Source: the human T2T-CHM13v2.0 reference genome, Homo sapiens. From it: a stretch of DNA of 64,000 nucleotides. The position numbers and the translations under genes were made by a program. The stretch lies in the NCBI RefSeq assembly GCF_009914755.1, contig NC_060925.1. One strand, written 5' to 3'. Under the pieces are notes generated by a model that saw only the letters and a list, made by a program, of their open reading frames with translations, was not told the DNA's origin and searched no databases. Below are positions 49,607 through 64,000 of this stretch, one piece after another (the stretch's first letter is position 1; every line of letters starts with the position of its first letter).

Positions 49607-52058
49607 TCAGAGGGAGTAGCTGGGCTAAGGGACGTGTGGCTGTCACAAAGCAAGTCCCTCCAAAGGGCAGGGAAGCTGTTTCCATGAGAGTGGGTGGCCT
49701 GACTCCACAGGAGATGCCTCCATGGAAGCAGCTGAGGCCAGTCCATTGGGGAGAGGCTGCTGACGGATTCCTGAGCAAGGCCTTTGATGAATTGGGTCCA
49801 CAGGACACAGAACAGCCTTCGTGGCAGTAATTGCGCCCACTCCACTCAGGAAATTGGCAGTGGGAGGAGACAGAACGTTCCTACAGTGGGAATCCTCAGT
49901 GGAAGTAGTTGGGACTGGATAGATGCTTCTTAGAAGTACATGTGTTTCTCATACGTAATAACAACATCAATAACGCGGATCTTGAAGATAACATTTCCTG
50001 AGCACTCACGTGGCTGTGTTATGTTTCCATTCAGTACCTCACAGGGAAGTCTCAGGGGGAGGAACTGGGCAGGTTTCCCTGGGAAATCATTGAGGTAATT
50101 GGGTGTGCCAAAAACTGAGCAACCACATGGGTGGGGTGGCTGCTTAGCCCCAGGACAGGCCTGGCCCTGCAGCACGGGGGTTTGGGCCGTTTGGCAACGA
50201 AAGTCTCAGCGGAAGCAGGGGGCCTTTTGCCCAGGGAGGCAACCCAATGGGATGGGTTGGGTCTTTACAGAAAGGCTCAGGGTAGCCACGTGGACTCAGA
50301 GACGGGGAGAGAAGGAAGGGAGTGGCTGTGTGTGGGAAGCCAGGAGCAGCCTTGATGAGAGCAGCTGGGCCTCTCCTACAGGAATCATCTCCAGTGGAAG
50401 GATCTAGGCTCTTCAAAAAGACAGAAACTTCAGTGAGAGTACCTCAACACTGAGAGAAACCTCAGAGCCTGTTCCCCTGCAAGAAGCTTCAAAGGGAGAG
50501 GTTGGCCATATAAGGCAGAAATAAACCCTAAGAGGAGGAAGGATGAACTTCCCCAAAGAAGGACTCCTCAGGAAAGCAAGTGGGTTTGTTCTAAAGGGAC
50601 ACACCTGGTGACAGTGGGAACACACTTCCAAACAAAGTGCCATAATCAGGTAGATACAATTTCAAGCAAAATGCCATTATTTTAAAACATTAATAATGAT
50701 GATGCCTAGCATTTGGGGACAATTGTACATCTTAGCCATTTTGCTAAGTTCTTTATAAACAGAACCCTCCTGAGAAATTGTCATGGAACACATTAAGCAT
50801 GTCGGACCGGGAGGCCTGGCTAGGAGTTGCTTATGCTGCTACTAAGAACTTGATGGGAATCTTTACTTAAAGAAGAGAAAAGAAGACCCTAGCATGGGAA
50901 GTGCAGAGTATCAGTTGGAGGAATTTTGAGAAAGAGTAAAGAGTTGGACTTCTAAGGAAAGTCGAGGGGCCATAGAGAGCTGGGTCTGACAGAAACAGCC
51001 TCAGTGGGGACAAATGGCTCGTTCATTGAAGCTGGGTTTTTCCCCAGAGGAAAAACCTGGGGAGAGTGGTCAGAGCTTGCTTACGAGGTGCCGCTCCGTA
51101 CGGCGGAGGAAGGTGTAAACAGAGAGTGTGGGCTTATGGTCAGGGAGAATTATTTGGGCCTATCACAAATGATGAGGCCTCTGTGGGAATACTTAGGCCT
51201 CTGGCCCTAGAGGCAACCTAGCCCAAGAGGTTGGGATCGCCCCAAACGAGAAGCCTTAATAGGGGTGGAGCCCAAGTCTGAGGGGAGCAGGTGCCCCGGC
51301 ACCATGTGTGGCTCCACAGGAGTCCTTGGGACTGTGGCAGACAGGTGAACGCTGAGGGAGTGGCTGTGCCTGGGACTGAAGGGGAACATCCAGGCAAGTC
51401 CTGAAGGTCACATGCTTGTGGGAGGAGGGGGCCCATTATAGGGTGGAAGCCCCATTGGATGTCGCTGTGCCTCTCACATGTTGGGCCAACTCCTGGTGGA
51501 GGAGCTGGGTGTCTGAAGGCAACTCGCTGCCCCCTGGCCTCCCTACGCAGGGAAAGTTATCAGAGGAGGACTGGGCCTGTGGAGGCTGCAAACCTCAGTG
51601 GGAGAGACAGGCCCATCCCAGGGAGGGACACTAGTCCCGAATGTTGGCTTGTCGTCCAGGAAACCTCAGGGGGACAGCGGGGCCCCTTGTGCAGGGTGGC
51701 CATAGTGGGAGCATTTCCAAAGATGGGGGCTGGGGAATCAGGGGCGAGTGAGCCCAAGGCCAGGGCTCTGTGGGGGTAGTTAGGCCTCTTCTGTCGGGGG
51801 AGTCAATGGAGAATCTGAGGCGGTCACACAGGCACAACCTTTACAAGGACAAGTGGGCTCATCACACGGGGAGCACAGCGAGTGGCTGGTCCCATCACAG
51901 GGATTCAGTGGCAGGACCGTGCCTATTGTCTAGGGTGAAGGCACAGTGCACGGGGTGGGCCCAGGGCAGCTGTCCCTGGCACAATGGTGGCACTGCCATT
52001 CCTTATATTTATCCGAGAAGGAAGGTCTCAGGGAGAGAGCACTTGGGCCTGGGAGGGG

Positions 52059-52506
52059 TGCAAGGGGCTGAAATATGTCTCCCAAAATTCATATGCTGAA
52101 GACTTCACTCCTTGTGAATATGACCTTATGGGAAATAGACAGGATCTTTACCAAACTTATGGAAATTAAAATGAGGTCACTAGGGTGAGCTCTGATCCAA
52201 TATGACTGGTGTCTTTATAGAAGGTGGGAATTTGGAGACAGAGGCACATGAAGAGCACCATGTGAAGATGAAGCCAGAGGTCGGGGTGATACTTCTAAGA
52301 GCTGAGAATGCCAAGATTGTCATGAACTACCAGAAGCCAGGGGAGGGGCCCGGACAGAGTCTCCCTCATGGGCCTCAGAAGGAACCAACTCTGCTGACAC
52401 CTTGATCTTGACCATCCAGCCCCAGAGCCATTGGACAGTAAGTTTCCGTTGTTTAAGCCACCCAGTTTGTGGTACTTTCTTATGGCAGCCCTAACAAACT
52501 AAGACA
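52059..52506 (+). mobile_element. MLT1B/C-like MaLR LTR
   Basis: aaatgaggtcactagggtg...ccatgtgaagatgaag...cctcagaaggaaccaactctgctgacaccttgatc...ttaagccacccagtttgtggtacttt. Confidence 0.85.
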
Positions 52507-53448
52507 CAGGAAAGCCTTGGGGGAAGGCGTTGCATCTGTCTCTGAGAGGACATATTTGGGACCAAGTCCCTCCTGTGACATCACGGCCATCCGACGCGTC
52601 ATGACCTGTTTGACAGGTACACACCTCCCAGATAATAGGCACAGACATCCTTGGGCAAGGCTGGCCTCTGTGATGAGCCTGCACACACCTTCCCTGGGTG
52701 TGGCAGCTGTGCTAACACCAGTGAAGTGGCTCTGTCTGGGTGCAAGGCCCAGCTTCTCCTGAGGCTCCCTCTAGATGACAAGCCCAGCCGCACTTACCAA
52801 AGCTTTCCCTGAGATGGACCCCGGAACCCTGAAGTCTCCTGCAGAACTGATTCAGTTGCACCCACCTCGTGGGATGCCCTTTAAGGCTTTCCCTAAATGA
52901 GAAGCCCAGTACCCCCTCAGTATTCTTCTCTGGCAAGGGAGGAGCTCCATCCCCACCATATTATTTCCAGAATAAAGAAGTCAACTCTCAGAAAGCTGCA
53001 TATAGGATGGTACTATTTATATAGAAAACGTGGTCAAAAAATTTTATAAAATGTTACATATTTTTCACAGGTACATGTAGCATACACATATCCAGGCCTG
53101 GAAAGGTCACAACTAAACAATAGTAGCCGTTTCTGGAGAATAATCCTGGGTTTGGAGGCTATAGACAAAGAGAGCTTTGGCCTTACTTGTAAGGTTTTAA
53201 TTTCTTTCTTGTATTTTTCTTTTTTTAAAAGATAAATATGTTTGTAAATTGTTTGTGTAATTAAAAATTAACTTTAAAAAACAAAATTGGAAAACTATAG
53301 TACGATCCAATTTTGGCTAAAAATATAGCTACAGCAATATATATACCGAGAAAAGCGGGGAATACATATTGAATTGTTGAAAGTGTGTATCTCTGCATAG
53401 GGTAGTGACAGGATGGGATTATGGGAGGATTTTGACTTCCTGTGACGG

Positions 53449-53790
53449 GTGTTAGGGCCTGAATATTTCTGTCCCATCAAATCCCTATGTTGAAACCTAA
53501 TCCCTCATGTGAGGGTATTTGGAGGCAGGGCATTTGGTGGCCCACCCTCCTAAATGGGATTAGTTCCCTTATAAAAGAGGCCTGAGAGAGCTCTTTTGCC
53601 CCTTCCACCATGTGAGGACGCAGTGAGAAGATACTGTCTATGAACTAGAAAGTGGGTCTTCACCAGACACGGAATCTGCTGGCACTGTGATCTTGGACTT
53701 CCTAGCCCTCAGAACTGTGAGAAATAAATTTCTGCTGTTTGTAAGGCACTTGGCTTATGGTATTTTGTTACAGCAGCCTGAGCTAACACA
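53449..53790 (+). mobile_element. MLT1A-like MaLR LTR
   Basis: tatgttgaaacctaatccc...tgggattagttcccttataaaagagg...agaactgtgagaaataaatttctgctgttt. Confidence 0.85.
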
Positions 53791-54534
53791 ATGTGCTCAC
53801 AAAATTATCTACAGTGTTTAGATTTTTTTTTTTTTTTTACAAACATGAATTAGTATTGGAAAAAAAATCTAAAAATATTTTTAAAAATTCAGTGGAAGAA
53901 TCTGGGAAAGGGATTAGAACAAATGCTTCGGTCAGTCACAATAAGGGAAGCATCCAAGGGCGAGGTTGGGCTTACTCAGGACCATGTACAGCTGCACAGG
54001 TTGGGCACAATCTCCACATCCACAGGTGATGGATGGTCTACAACACAGGGGAACCTGAGTGTAGATGGGGCTCTTTCCAGGGAATGTCCCAGAATGAGTG
54101 GGGCCGGTCACGGGATCCCACCTCAGAGAGGTGGAGCTGTGGTGAGTGTGGTTGGGCCTCACAGGAAAACCTGCTCCTTGTGCAAGGCTTAGAGGTGCCC
54201 TTGGGACTGTTACTAGAATCCTCCATCCTGTCATAGGAAGAGCTTTGCTGAGAGTAATTGGGCTTGATGTGCAGGGAAGGACCCTGGGGAAGTAATTCAG
54301 TTTATCAAGCCCGAGGGGAAGTGACTGGCTGGACAGTTTGGGACACCTGAGAAGGCACAGATGGGCCACTTGCCCAGGGACAGCTGTACAGAGTGGGAGC
54401 CTCAGAGGGTGCTGTTGGGCCTGCCACTCTTGAAAAGGCTGTGGGAGAACTTAAGCTGACAAATGGGGTCCGGAGAGATCTGCCACCAAAAGGAAGCTTC
54501 CCTGACTGGGCCTGCCACCGCAACCCACCCCTTA

Positions 54535-54894
<360 letters not shown>

Positions 54895-56162
54895 TCAAGT
54901 GTGCTGCCTCATGAAAGCAGCTCCTGCCAGAGCCATGAGTCCCTGCTACTGATTTCCCACCCAGCCAAGGCTCCTAGAACTGGCTTTGGGAATTGCCCGT
55001 CCAGCCAAGTCTCTTGTCTTTGACAGGGCTGAACTTAAAAGTGTATTATTCATTCAAAAATAAAGGCATCAGTCATTTCAGAGCTCCACTGGAGTTCATT
55101 TTATTTTGTTGAAAACAAAGTTCAGGGTCAACACTTGTTTAAATTTATGATTCATATGTCCAATATCAGCATAAAGATAGTTTTGCTAGAATAAACTTTT
55201 CATTTAAAAATAACACCCCCAATACTTAATCAAAAGACAAGACCTTCAATACTGCTGTTTTCTAGAACTCTTATGATAATTCAGAAACGTAGGGCTTAGA
55301 AGTATACATTGTCCCCTCTGTTCCATAAAGAAGCCAAATAAAGTTTCTACTTTGGGATCTTAGTGAGTTAATCAAGACATTCTAGCAACCTGACAGGTTA
55401 AATAAATGTAATTAAGTTCTTAATGTACATAGTAATATACTCTTTCAAGAACGAAGGTGGGAACATTTATGTTTGTTTACTGATAAGATTTTTCAAAATT
55501 AGATCACCATGGAAAATGTTATTGAAGAAATATATTTACTGAGCATAGGAAAAAGCCCATATTGCATTGATAATTGTAAAAATCAGATGACAAATAGTAT
55601 GCTGTATACAATTCTAATTTTTGTATTATAAAACATGGAAGAATATTAATTTGCCTGCTAGGAATATTTGCTGGGCATTTGCTGTACATCAGGGCTGTGC
55701 TAGGCATTGTACAGGATGAGCAAGATCAAGAAGGTCCTTGTCTTCATGAGACTTACATGGTAACGCTGGGAGACTAAGCCATTAGTGATTATCGCTGCAC
55801 GATGAGATTATAGATGGATTTTCATTTTTAAAATTGGCTTATCTGTGCTATCAAATAAGCTCAGAATAAGCACGAGTATAATTCTTTTTGCATCTGATCA
55901 TTTAAAGAATAAAATAAAGACTCGACACTTAATGTTGAAGATCTTTCATCTCCTGCCCTGTTCCATTCCTTTCCTGCCCTCCACAGAAGCAATCACATGA
56001 ATTTGGAAGCTATCCTTCCAGTTCATGGTTTTGGATTCTTAAATATGTATCTGGGTTTATGTGTTTTCAAGATTTACATAAATGATATTATACTGTACAT
56101 ACAGTTTTTTACATAATATTGTGTTTTTCAAGGTCTATCCATGTTAATATACAAAAATATAG

Positions 56163-56484
<322 letters not shown>

Positions 56485-56651
56485 GCTGTGATGACATCTT
56501 TGTATACATTATCTGAGGAGCCTGTGCTTTCCATTCCACTGCCCAGGCATCGTCCCCTCATATAGGAGCCCTGCGGGCTGCAGGCCCACAGAAGGGGCTC
56601 TTTAAGGATGGCGGAATTTCTGACTTGAACTCCAAGGAAAGAACTGGACTG

Positions 56652-56686
56652 TGACCGCCATCTAGTGGAGCAGCATGTAGCTGCAG
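56652..56686 (-). promoter_or_regulatory. CTCF binding motif (core plus upstream module)
   Basis: The minus strand reads TGCAG-ctacatgctgct-CCACTAGATGGCGGTCA. Confidence 0.6.
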
Positions 56687-57038
56687 CAGCTCTTTACACG
56701 CTGAGACCAGGTACCAAGTTAGGGACCTCGGCAGAATCCAACATTAACTTGAAAGCAAGGGATCCCGGGCCTTTGCAACTGGACCCAGCAGTAGCTTCTT
56801 CCCTGAAACCTGAATCAGCACCCAGAATTTAGAGGTGAAAATGGTGGCTGAACATAAGGACTTACAGGGAAAGCCACCTCATTCAAACTTCTGTTTGCCT
56901 TTGGATGTTGCCCTCCCCACCTTCTATCATCTTGGTTCTGCCTCAAGACTGGATGCAGAGGTACAGGGTCTCCCAGATCCTCTTAATGTCTCAAAGTCTG
57001 GAGTCTCCTAAGACTGCCGAGGGCGTCATCGCTTTGCT

Positions 57039-57100
57039 CCCAGTTTCCTTCAGAAGATGGTACTGAACACCCAGTTTCCTTCAGAAGATGGTACTGAACA
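57039..57100 (+). repeat. Perfect 31-bp tandem duplication
   Basis: CCCAGTTTCCTTCAGAAGATGGTACTGAACA x2. Confidence 0.97.
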
Positions 57101-58018
57101 GAAAATAACATCTTTCAGAGGGCCACCAAGCTCTCTCCTCCCCTCCAACCGGATTTAGAGAAGGCCAGTTAGACTGCTTTCTCCCAAAAGCCCCTTCCCT
57201 AATCTCTAATCACACTCCAGGCTGAATAATGAAGGATAAAATGGGAGATCTTCATTTCTGAGGCTCACAGACTGGCATTCAGGGCTATGCAGGCATAATC
57301 CCCTTGGGACATTTCATTCCTAGAAGCAGTGCAATGGCTTGGGCAAGATGACCCGTGCGTACGGCCCATCAGTTCCATGTCAGCACAAAGCCCTCATCCC
57401 TTCAACAGAGACATTTGGGTTAAATGATATTCCCAGTGCATAATATGTGGATCACCAGCAATTACATTTTGTACCCACACTGATGTCCTCCACACCCTGA
57501 CAACCTCCCATGCCTAGCATACTCCAGCTCCAAAAACAAAACAAAACAAAAATAACCCCCCAAAACCAAAAAAACAACCTTCCCAGTCTCTAGGCCAGCT
57601 AGAATGTGCATACGAAGAAGAATGCAAACTCGATTTCTCATTGATTTGGCTCAATTTAATTAGGATGATAAATTAGACACTGGGGTTAAAAGTACAACTT
57701 GAGGTCCAGTCTCTGTACGACAGATTTCCGCCCCACCCCCGCCTTTTTTTTAAGTCCCTGAGTAATTTATTTTTATTTTTTATTTTTAATATCAAGTGAT
57801 ACAGTGTTAGTTAGGTATAATCCGAGTAATTTCTCATTCCACATTCCTGGATTTTAGTTTATGGCTCAAATAATAATAATGGCAACCCCTAAGATTTTTC
57901 TCCCCCCTATATGTTAATCTCTGCCATTCTTAATTGGTCTTCACAATTGTACAAGAGGTCAACAGATGAGAAAACAGAGAGGCAGAGTACTAAACAGACT
58001 TGGCCCAAGTTTGTGCTA

Positions 58019-58252
<234 letters not shown>

Positions 58253-59804
58253 TCAAGGGGTGTACAGGGCCCTGCCAATGTTTGGAAGCTCCCTTCAAGC
58301 AGCAGTTTTTAAGCTTTCATGAGTCATATAGCCCCTTGAGAATCCAAAGGAATCTTCTTAAAAGACTAAGCCCACGGGCAACATTCAATATGTACATTCA
58401 GGAAGGGAGGTACATTCTAGGACAGCCTAAAAGTCCACAAACCCAAGTTATGGACTCTTGACCTTGAACATGCCCTTCACAGGTCAGTTCCCTGGTGAGG
58501 ATGTCCAGGAAAAGTGAGGAAGTTCTGTGCCAAAAGAAGTCCAACCATTTCTTACCGTATCCCCCAAATCTCCCTCTCCTCACTGCCCAATCTACTCTTT
58601 CAAGACTGCAGAAAAAGGATGAAGGAAGGGGACTGGCATGCATCAAGTCCCCACTCTGTGCCCGGCACCATGCCAGGCTCTTCTCAAATATATATTTCAG
58701 GGGGCAGGGTGGGCGGCAGGGGAGGCTCACCACGAGCCCATCCTCAGAAAAGTGACTGTGATCAGCATCCCACAGGAGCCAACCACCAGGCTGTCTGAGT
58801 GACCCAGGGGCTTAGGGACATCTGATATGCCAATCAAGGTGAATTCAGAGTCATCTGAGGATGCAGGGCTGGGGCACCCCTGCAGTCTGGTCAGTTGACA
58901 TCAGTTCTTTTCTTTTGCATCTTATTAGGAAAAGGTTGTGTGAACAGAAAGGGGCTAGCCAGTCTTAGAGACCCAGGGAAAGGATCATAGAACAGGGATT
59001 GGCAGGTCCAGGCAAGTGCTTTCTGGGGAGAGGACAGCTTGGCAAACAGACCCGAAAACAGTGCAGAGTAGGCTCCAGCCTCGACTGCCTGTGTCACAAT
59101 CCCACCTTCACTTCCGATGGGACCGTGGGCAAGTTCAAAACCCTCCAGAACTCGGTTTCCCACAACTGTAAAATGGAACTAGTGACAGCACCCTTCTAAT
59201 GGGGTTGTTGTGAGGTCATATCAGAAAGGACTGCATTTACTTGGGACAAGGCTGGCACATGTTGTAAACCCCTAATGAACAGCAGCTGCCGTTAAATGAA
59301 TGGTTTCCATAGCAAGGTCTTTGTAGTCTCTAATGGGGGAAAGTGCCTTGGGCTGACCGTTCACATTTCTGACCTGCTCCACAGATGCCTATGCCCTACA
59401 CCGTGGTGAAACCACAGAAGAGAAATGCCATCGTGCTTGAGTGTCACTCCCTTACCTCCCTGCCCCAAGGTCAGCCTTGAGGGGCACCTCACAATCGACT
59501 GGGCACCAGAGAACCTTAGGTTTCCGTTCCTGACTCTGCCACTTCCTTTTTAATCCTAAAAGACTGAGATTTCCTGTTTGCAAATTGAGGGTAATGGTAC
59601 CTCCCCTGCAGGGCTGATCTGAGGAAATATGAAGCTCCATGCCTAGCATATAGTAGATATTAAATAAATGTGCCTTTCTTCTTTGCCTAACTGGACCAGA
59701 AGCTTCTGAAGGGGAGATGCTGTCTTTTCTTGTGTCTGCTGATCTGCTCATCACTGCCGTAGCACAGGGTAAGGGACGAAGCCAAGTCCTTGTTTCGCAC
59801 GTAG

Positions 59805-60151
<347 letters not shown>

Positions 60152-60438
60152 TAGATTTGTCTGTCTGTCCCACAAGAAGTCACGGGGGAAGCCCAAAGTG
60201 CCTAGAAATTCCATCTGGGATCTGGTTGATTAACTAGAGCCAGAACGGTCATCATCATGTTTTCAAATGGGCAAACCTCCTGTAACTTTTCATTTGGTGG
60301 GGCAGAGTTTCCAAAAGTGATGACTGCATTAAATGGGAGTTAGAGATTATAAAAACATCAGTTTAAAATGACTGACTTGGAACAAATCCAGAATATCAAA
60401 CTTTCTTCTGATTTGAACTTGAACTCAATGATACACTA

Positions 60439-60579
<141 letters not shown>

Positions 60580-61075
60580 TCAGGAACAGGGATGGGCTAG
60601 CTGTCCCCGTGGGCACAATTGTATGTACAACCAGGGGCTGTACAGGGGTCTGGTTCAGGGGCCTCATGTTAAGGAACAAGATACACAAAGACACACAGAT
60701 CCACTGTGGGATGGGAGTGAGGTAGAGGGAGAGAGAATTTGGGGAAGGACAATTATTAACAACGATTACTAAAGAATTCTCATTATTAGAGGTTTCCTTG
60801 TGAGAGTCCTTTAATTACTAAATTCCCTGATGGCCTTCAAAGGGAAATTAAATTTCCCTAAAGCCGAATCAAACCCAACTTTGCAGGAACACATTGGAGG
60901 TTGGCTTGTGCCAAATTGTTAAAGTCAGCAGAGTTTATCTTTTGCATGAACAGCTCCAGGAGAGGATAATGGTACCCGGGGGACCTGGGGGCTGCTCCCT
61001 GTTCTTTGGTGACTGTAGCTCTGCTGGTGTAAGGCTGGCCAACCACATCTCAGGGGACACCTGTTTCCTGCTCTA

Positions 61076-61261
<186 letters not shown>

Positions 61262-62889
61262 TCAACGTGGCGGTAGGCTGGGGTGAGATGCTGGTGGCAG
61301 GGAGAAGGGGTGCTTCTAATTTGTGCTTTCTCTCATCCTGTAGGCTAGTTCTTCCCAACTCTCTTCACCTTGCAGCACACAGAGAAAAAGAGTATATTTA
61401 CATGGCACGGAGGCTCAACAGACCAAAGCTCCTTGAGAAGGTGGGTGTGATCCCAGGGGATGCTGGCTGTCCTGTCCACTCACTGAGCTCTTAGCTAGGG
61501 GGCTTAGCTAGGGAGACTTCTCTGCATGCTCTCCTCCCACATCCCTCCTGCTTCTTACTCTTAACTCCCCTCTGTCTTCCTTACCCTAAGAAGACAGATC
61601 CTGTGGGCTAAGACACAGAGAGACAGAGAGAGAGAGAGGGAAAAGAAGGTCAAGAAGGAAGGAGAGCAGGGAGGGACACATCAGCGATGCTCAGGGGCTC
61701 AGTTAGAGTCCGACTTTCCAAGACTCTGAGAAAAGTGTGTTAGCAGATAAGACTCTCCACTGCCTTATTTCTCCTGTTGTGTTTTCAAGGTCAGGCCAGC
61801 CCCTTTCTGGGAGCAGCACTGGTGGCCTCTCACACTTCAACTCCCGTGTTCAGCTCTGGCCTCACTGAGCACTGGCCCCGCTAAAACCCTCCTTCATCCC
61901 CTACCCCAAGCCACTGCTAGTCCAGTCCACCCTGCACTCACAGGCAACTCGTGTTGCTTAAAATCTCTCCTTGAATTGTGGGACCTCCTTGCTCAGTGAT
62001 TTGAAGCAGGTCCTCATGGCCTATAATATGGAATCCAACTTTCTCATCCTGATGTTCTAAGGACTTTCATGATCTTGGCCTAGTCCTCTTTCAAGATCAC
62101 CTCCACAGGATCTCAAATGCTCCTCCTTCAGTCTCCTTTCTTGACTTTTCAAATTCAACCTGCACTCATTTATTCCTCATTACATGCCTGGCATTGCACA
62201 CAATGTTTTGCTAGAGCACCCAGCTTAATCTTCCTCCTCCTCCTTTCTGCCAGTCCATACCATCTTCCCAAGAGAAGTGCTCACTGAGCACTTCCATGAG
62301 CAAGGCTGGGGCCCATTGGTGAGGGTATCCCCTCATACCCTTCAAGCAGGTCTTCACATCCCATTTCACAGATGAGGACACAGGCCATAGGAGGCACTGA
62401 AACATTTCCTTAGTAAGCCACAGACCCAGGATTCAGACCAAGCCCAGTCTGACCCCAGGTCGGCCAAGCAGAAGCCAAGCCCTGAGGCCACATGAGCCCA
62501 TGTCTGACCCTGTCCCCTGCTCTCCCTGCCTCCCCTCCTAAAACAGTCCTCATCCTGCTTTGAATCCCTCCCTGGCTGCCTCCCACACAGCAAATGGGAG
62601 TGTAGCATTTCCAGACAGGGGGCTTCCTGCCTCTCCTGTGCTCTGCAGGAGTCCATGTACAGGTGCAGGCACTTCACATGCACTAAAAAGTTTCTGTGTC
62701 TTGCTGGACTGGACTTGGAGGGCACTTGTCCAGGGGCAAGGGCCAGAAGACTCATGAGGAGGCGGAGAGGTAGCTGTAAACTCTAAAGTGGTCTTCCTAA
62801 CCAAGGCGGCAGAAATGGAAGGATGGCAGACCGTATCTGGGTGGCATGGCCCAGAGAATGTGGGAGATGGCAGCCTTGGCCCTTCTGGA

Positions 62890-62935
62890 GGCTCCCTTGG
62901 GGGATACAGGCTCCTTTGGGGGATACAGGCTCCCT
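62890..62935 (+). repeat. 19-bp tandem repeat, ~2.4 copies
   Basis: GGCTCCCTTGGGGGATACA / GGCTCCTTTGGGGGATACA / GGCTCCCT. Confidence 0.9.
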
Positions 62936-64000
62936 GAGGAGCCCACGTGTATCCAGTGCCCACAGGCAGCTAGGGGCTCATGGAAAAGAAACAGGAAAGG
63001 ACCAATCAGCCTAGACCATCAGCCACCAACCCATCTTCCCAGGCAGCAGCTAATGAGTCCTCATGCCACATTCAGAGATGAGACTCTGATAACTACATGT
63101 GCTTTTTTTCCCTCTGAGGGAAACTCACATATAACAAAATGCAAAAACTGTGCATGAACATGGTAATAATCAAGTAAACATCATAATCTTGAGTGTACAT
63201 GTGCTGAGTTTTGACAAATGCCTGTACCTTTGTAACCCAAACACCTGTCAAAACCACAGAACGTTGCTATCACTCTGGAAATTCCTCACACTTTTCCCAG
63301 GCAATTCCTGTCCCACATGTGCTTTTAAGATATGAGTGTGATATTTGGAAATGAAAACTCTTTGAGCCTTGTCCAAAACTCTCAGCAGCTGAGACAAAAG
63401 ACCCCAAGGACAAGCATTAAAAAAAACCCATCAAACTGAGTTTCAAGTGTTTCACTTGTCATCTTGTCTATTTCTCCCCATTCCTCTCCACACTCCAAGT
63501 AGAACAAAACTCACTATTTAGTGCAGTAGTTGCAACTAACTAGACCTACTTATTGGAAAGACCTACTTACTGTCCAGTGATGGAGAGAAGAGCAGAATGA
63601 GGACAAAAAAGCGTGGTAGGAAGAAAAATGGAATGGGAGAAAGATGAGGCTGAAGAGAAAAATGGAGGGGGATATAGAAAAGTCCATTCTAACTTATCTT
63701 ATGCTACACAGATTGATTTTATTTAAGCCATGCTTACAACAAAGGAAAAATTATTTTTTATCATATGTAATTTATTACTTTTGAAAGCATATTGCTCCAT
63801 TTCCATTTAAATTAAATAAACAATTATGAATCATAGCAGTGGATGTGACTTTTCAGTACCCTTCAAAACCATTTGCCTGTACAATAGCAGTTAATTCTCT
63901 ATTGTCTGTGAGCTCTTTGTAGATTATCCTACAAAATAAAATATAACTACAGGGCCCTGGCTCCTAGGAATTCCAGTCTCCAAATACCAGTGGGAAGCTC

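Noticed and set aside
57039-57100. 31-bp direct repeat as a CRISPR-like unit
   Set aside because: Only two abutting copies with no spacer, in eukaryotic DNA.

Overview
Primate (almost certainly human) genomic DNA lying entirely inside the large minus-strand gene CSMD2 (CUB and Sushi multiple domains 2). I traced 18 consecutive coding exons (61212 down to 1336). All have GT-AG boundaries and phases that chain into one uninterrupted ~950-970-codon frame. It encodes the last three Sushi-CUB pairs and then seven tandem Sushi/CCP domains. The introns hold the usual repeats: about 15 Alus, THE1/MLT/LTR16 solo LTRs, an old ERVL internal fragment, L1M, L2, MIR, MER3 and microsatellites. There are no rRNA, tRNA or CRISPR features, and nearly all long ORFs in the track are spurious. 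The most interesting signals concern RNA processing, mostly in the 13.7-kb intron 30771-44460. (i) A well-formed cryptic exon (34252-34363) has a donor 11 nt upstream of a (UG)~22 tract, the architecture of TDP-43-repressed cryptic exons. (ii) A read-through tail takes its stop codon and ATTAAA from a MIR and predicts a secreted, truncated protein. (iii) Three sense-oriented MaLR LTRs sit in this intron, one with an intact DUX4 motif. Other findings are a two-acceptor exon (+/-25 aa), a 48-bp-arm palindrome with an Alu at its apex, a 180-bp templated duplication, an ERVL pol remnant abutting a splice donor, and a strong CTCF site. None of these was checked against databases, and repeat subfamily calls are by eye.
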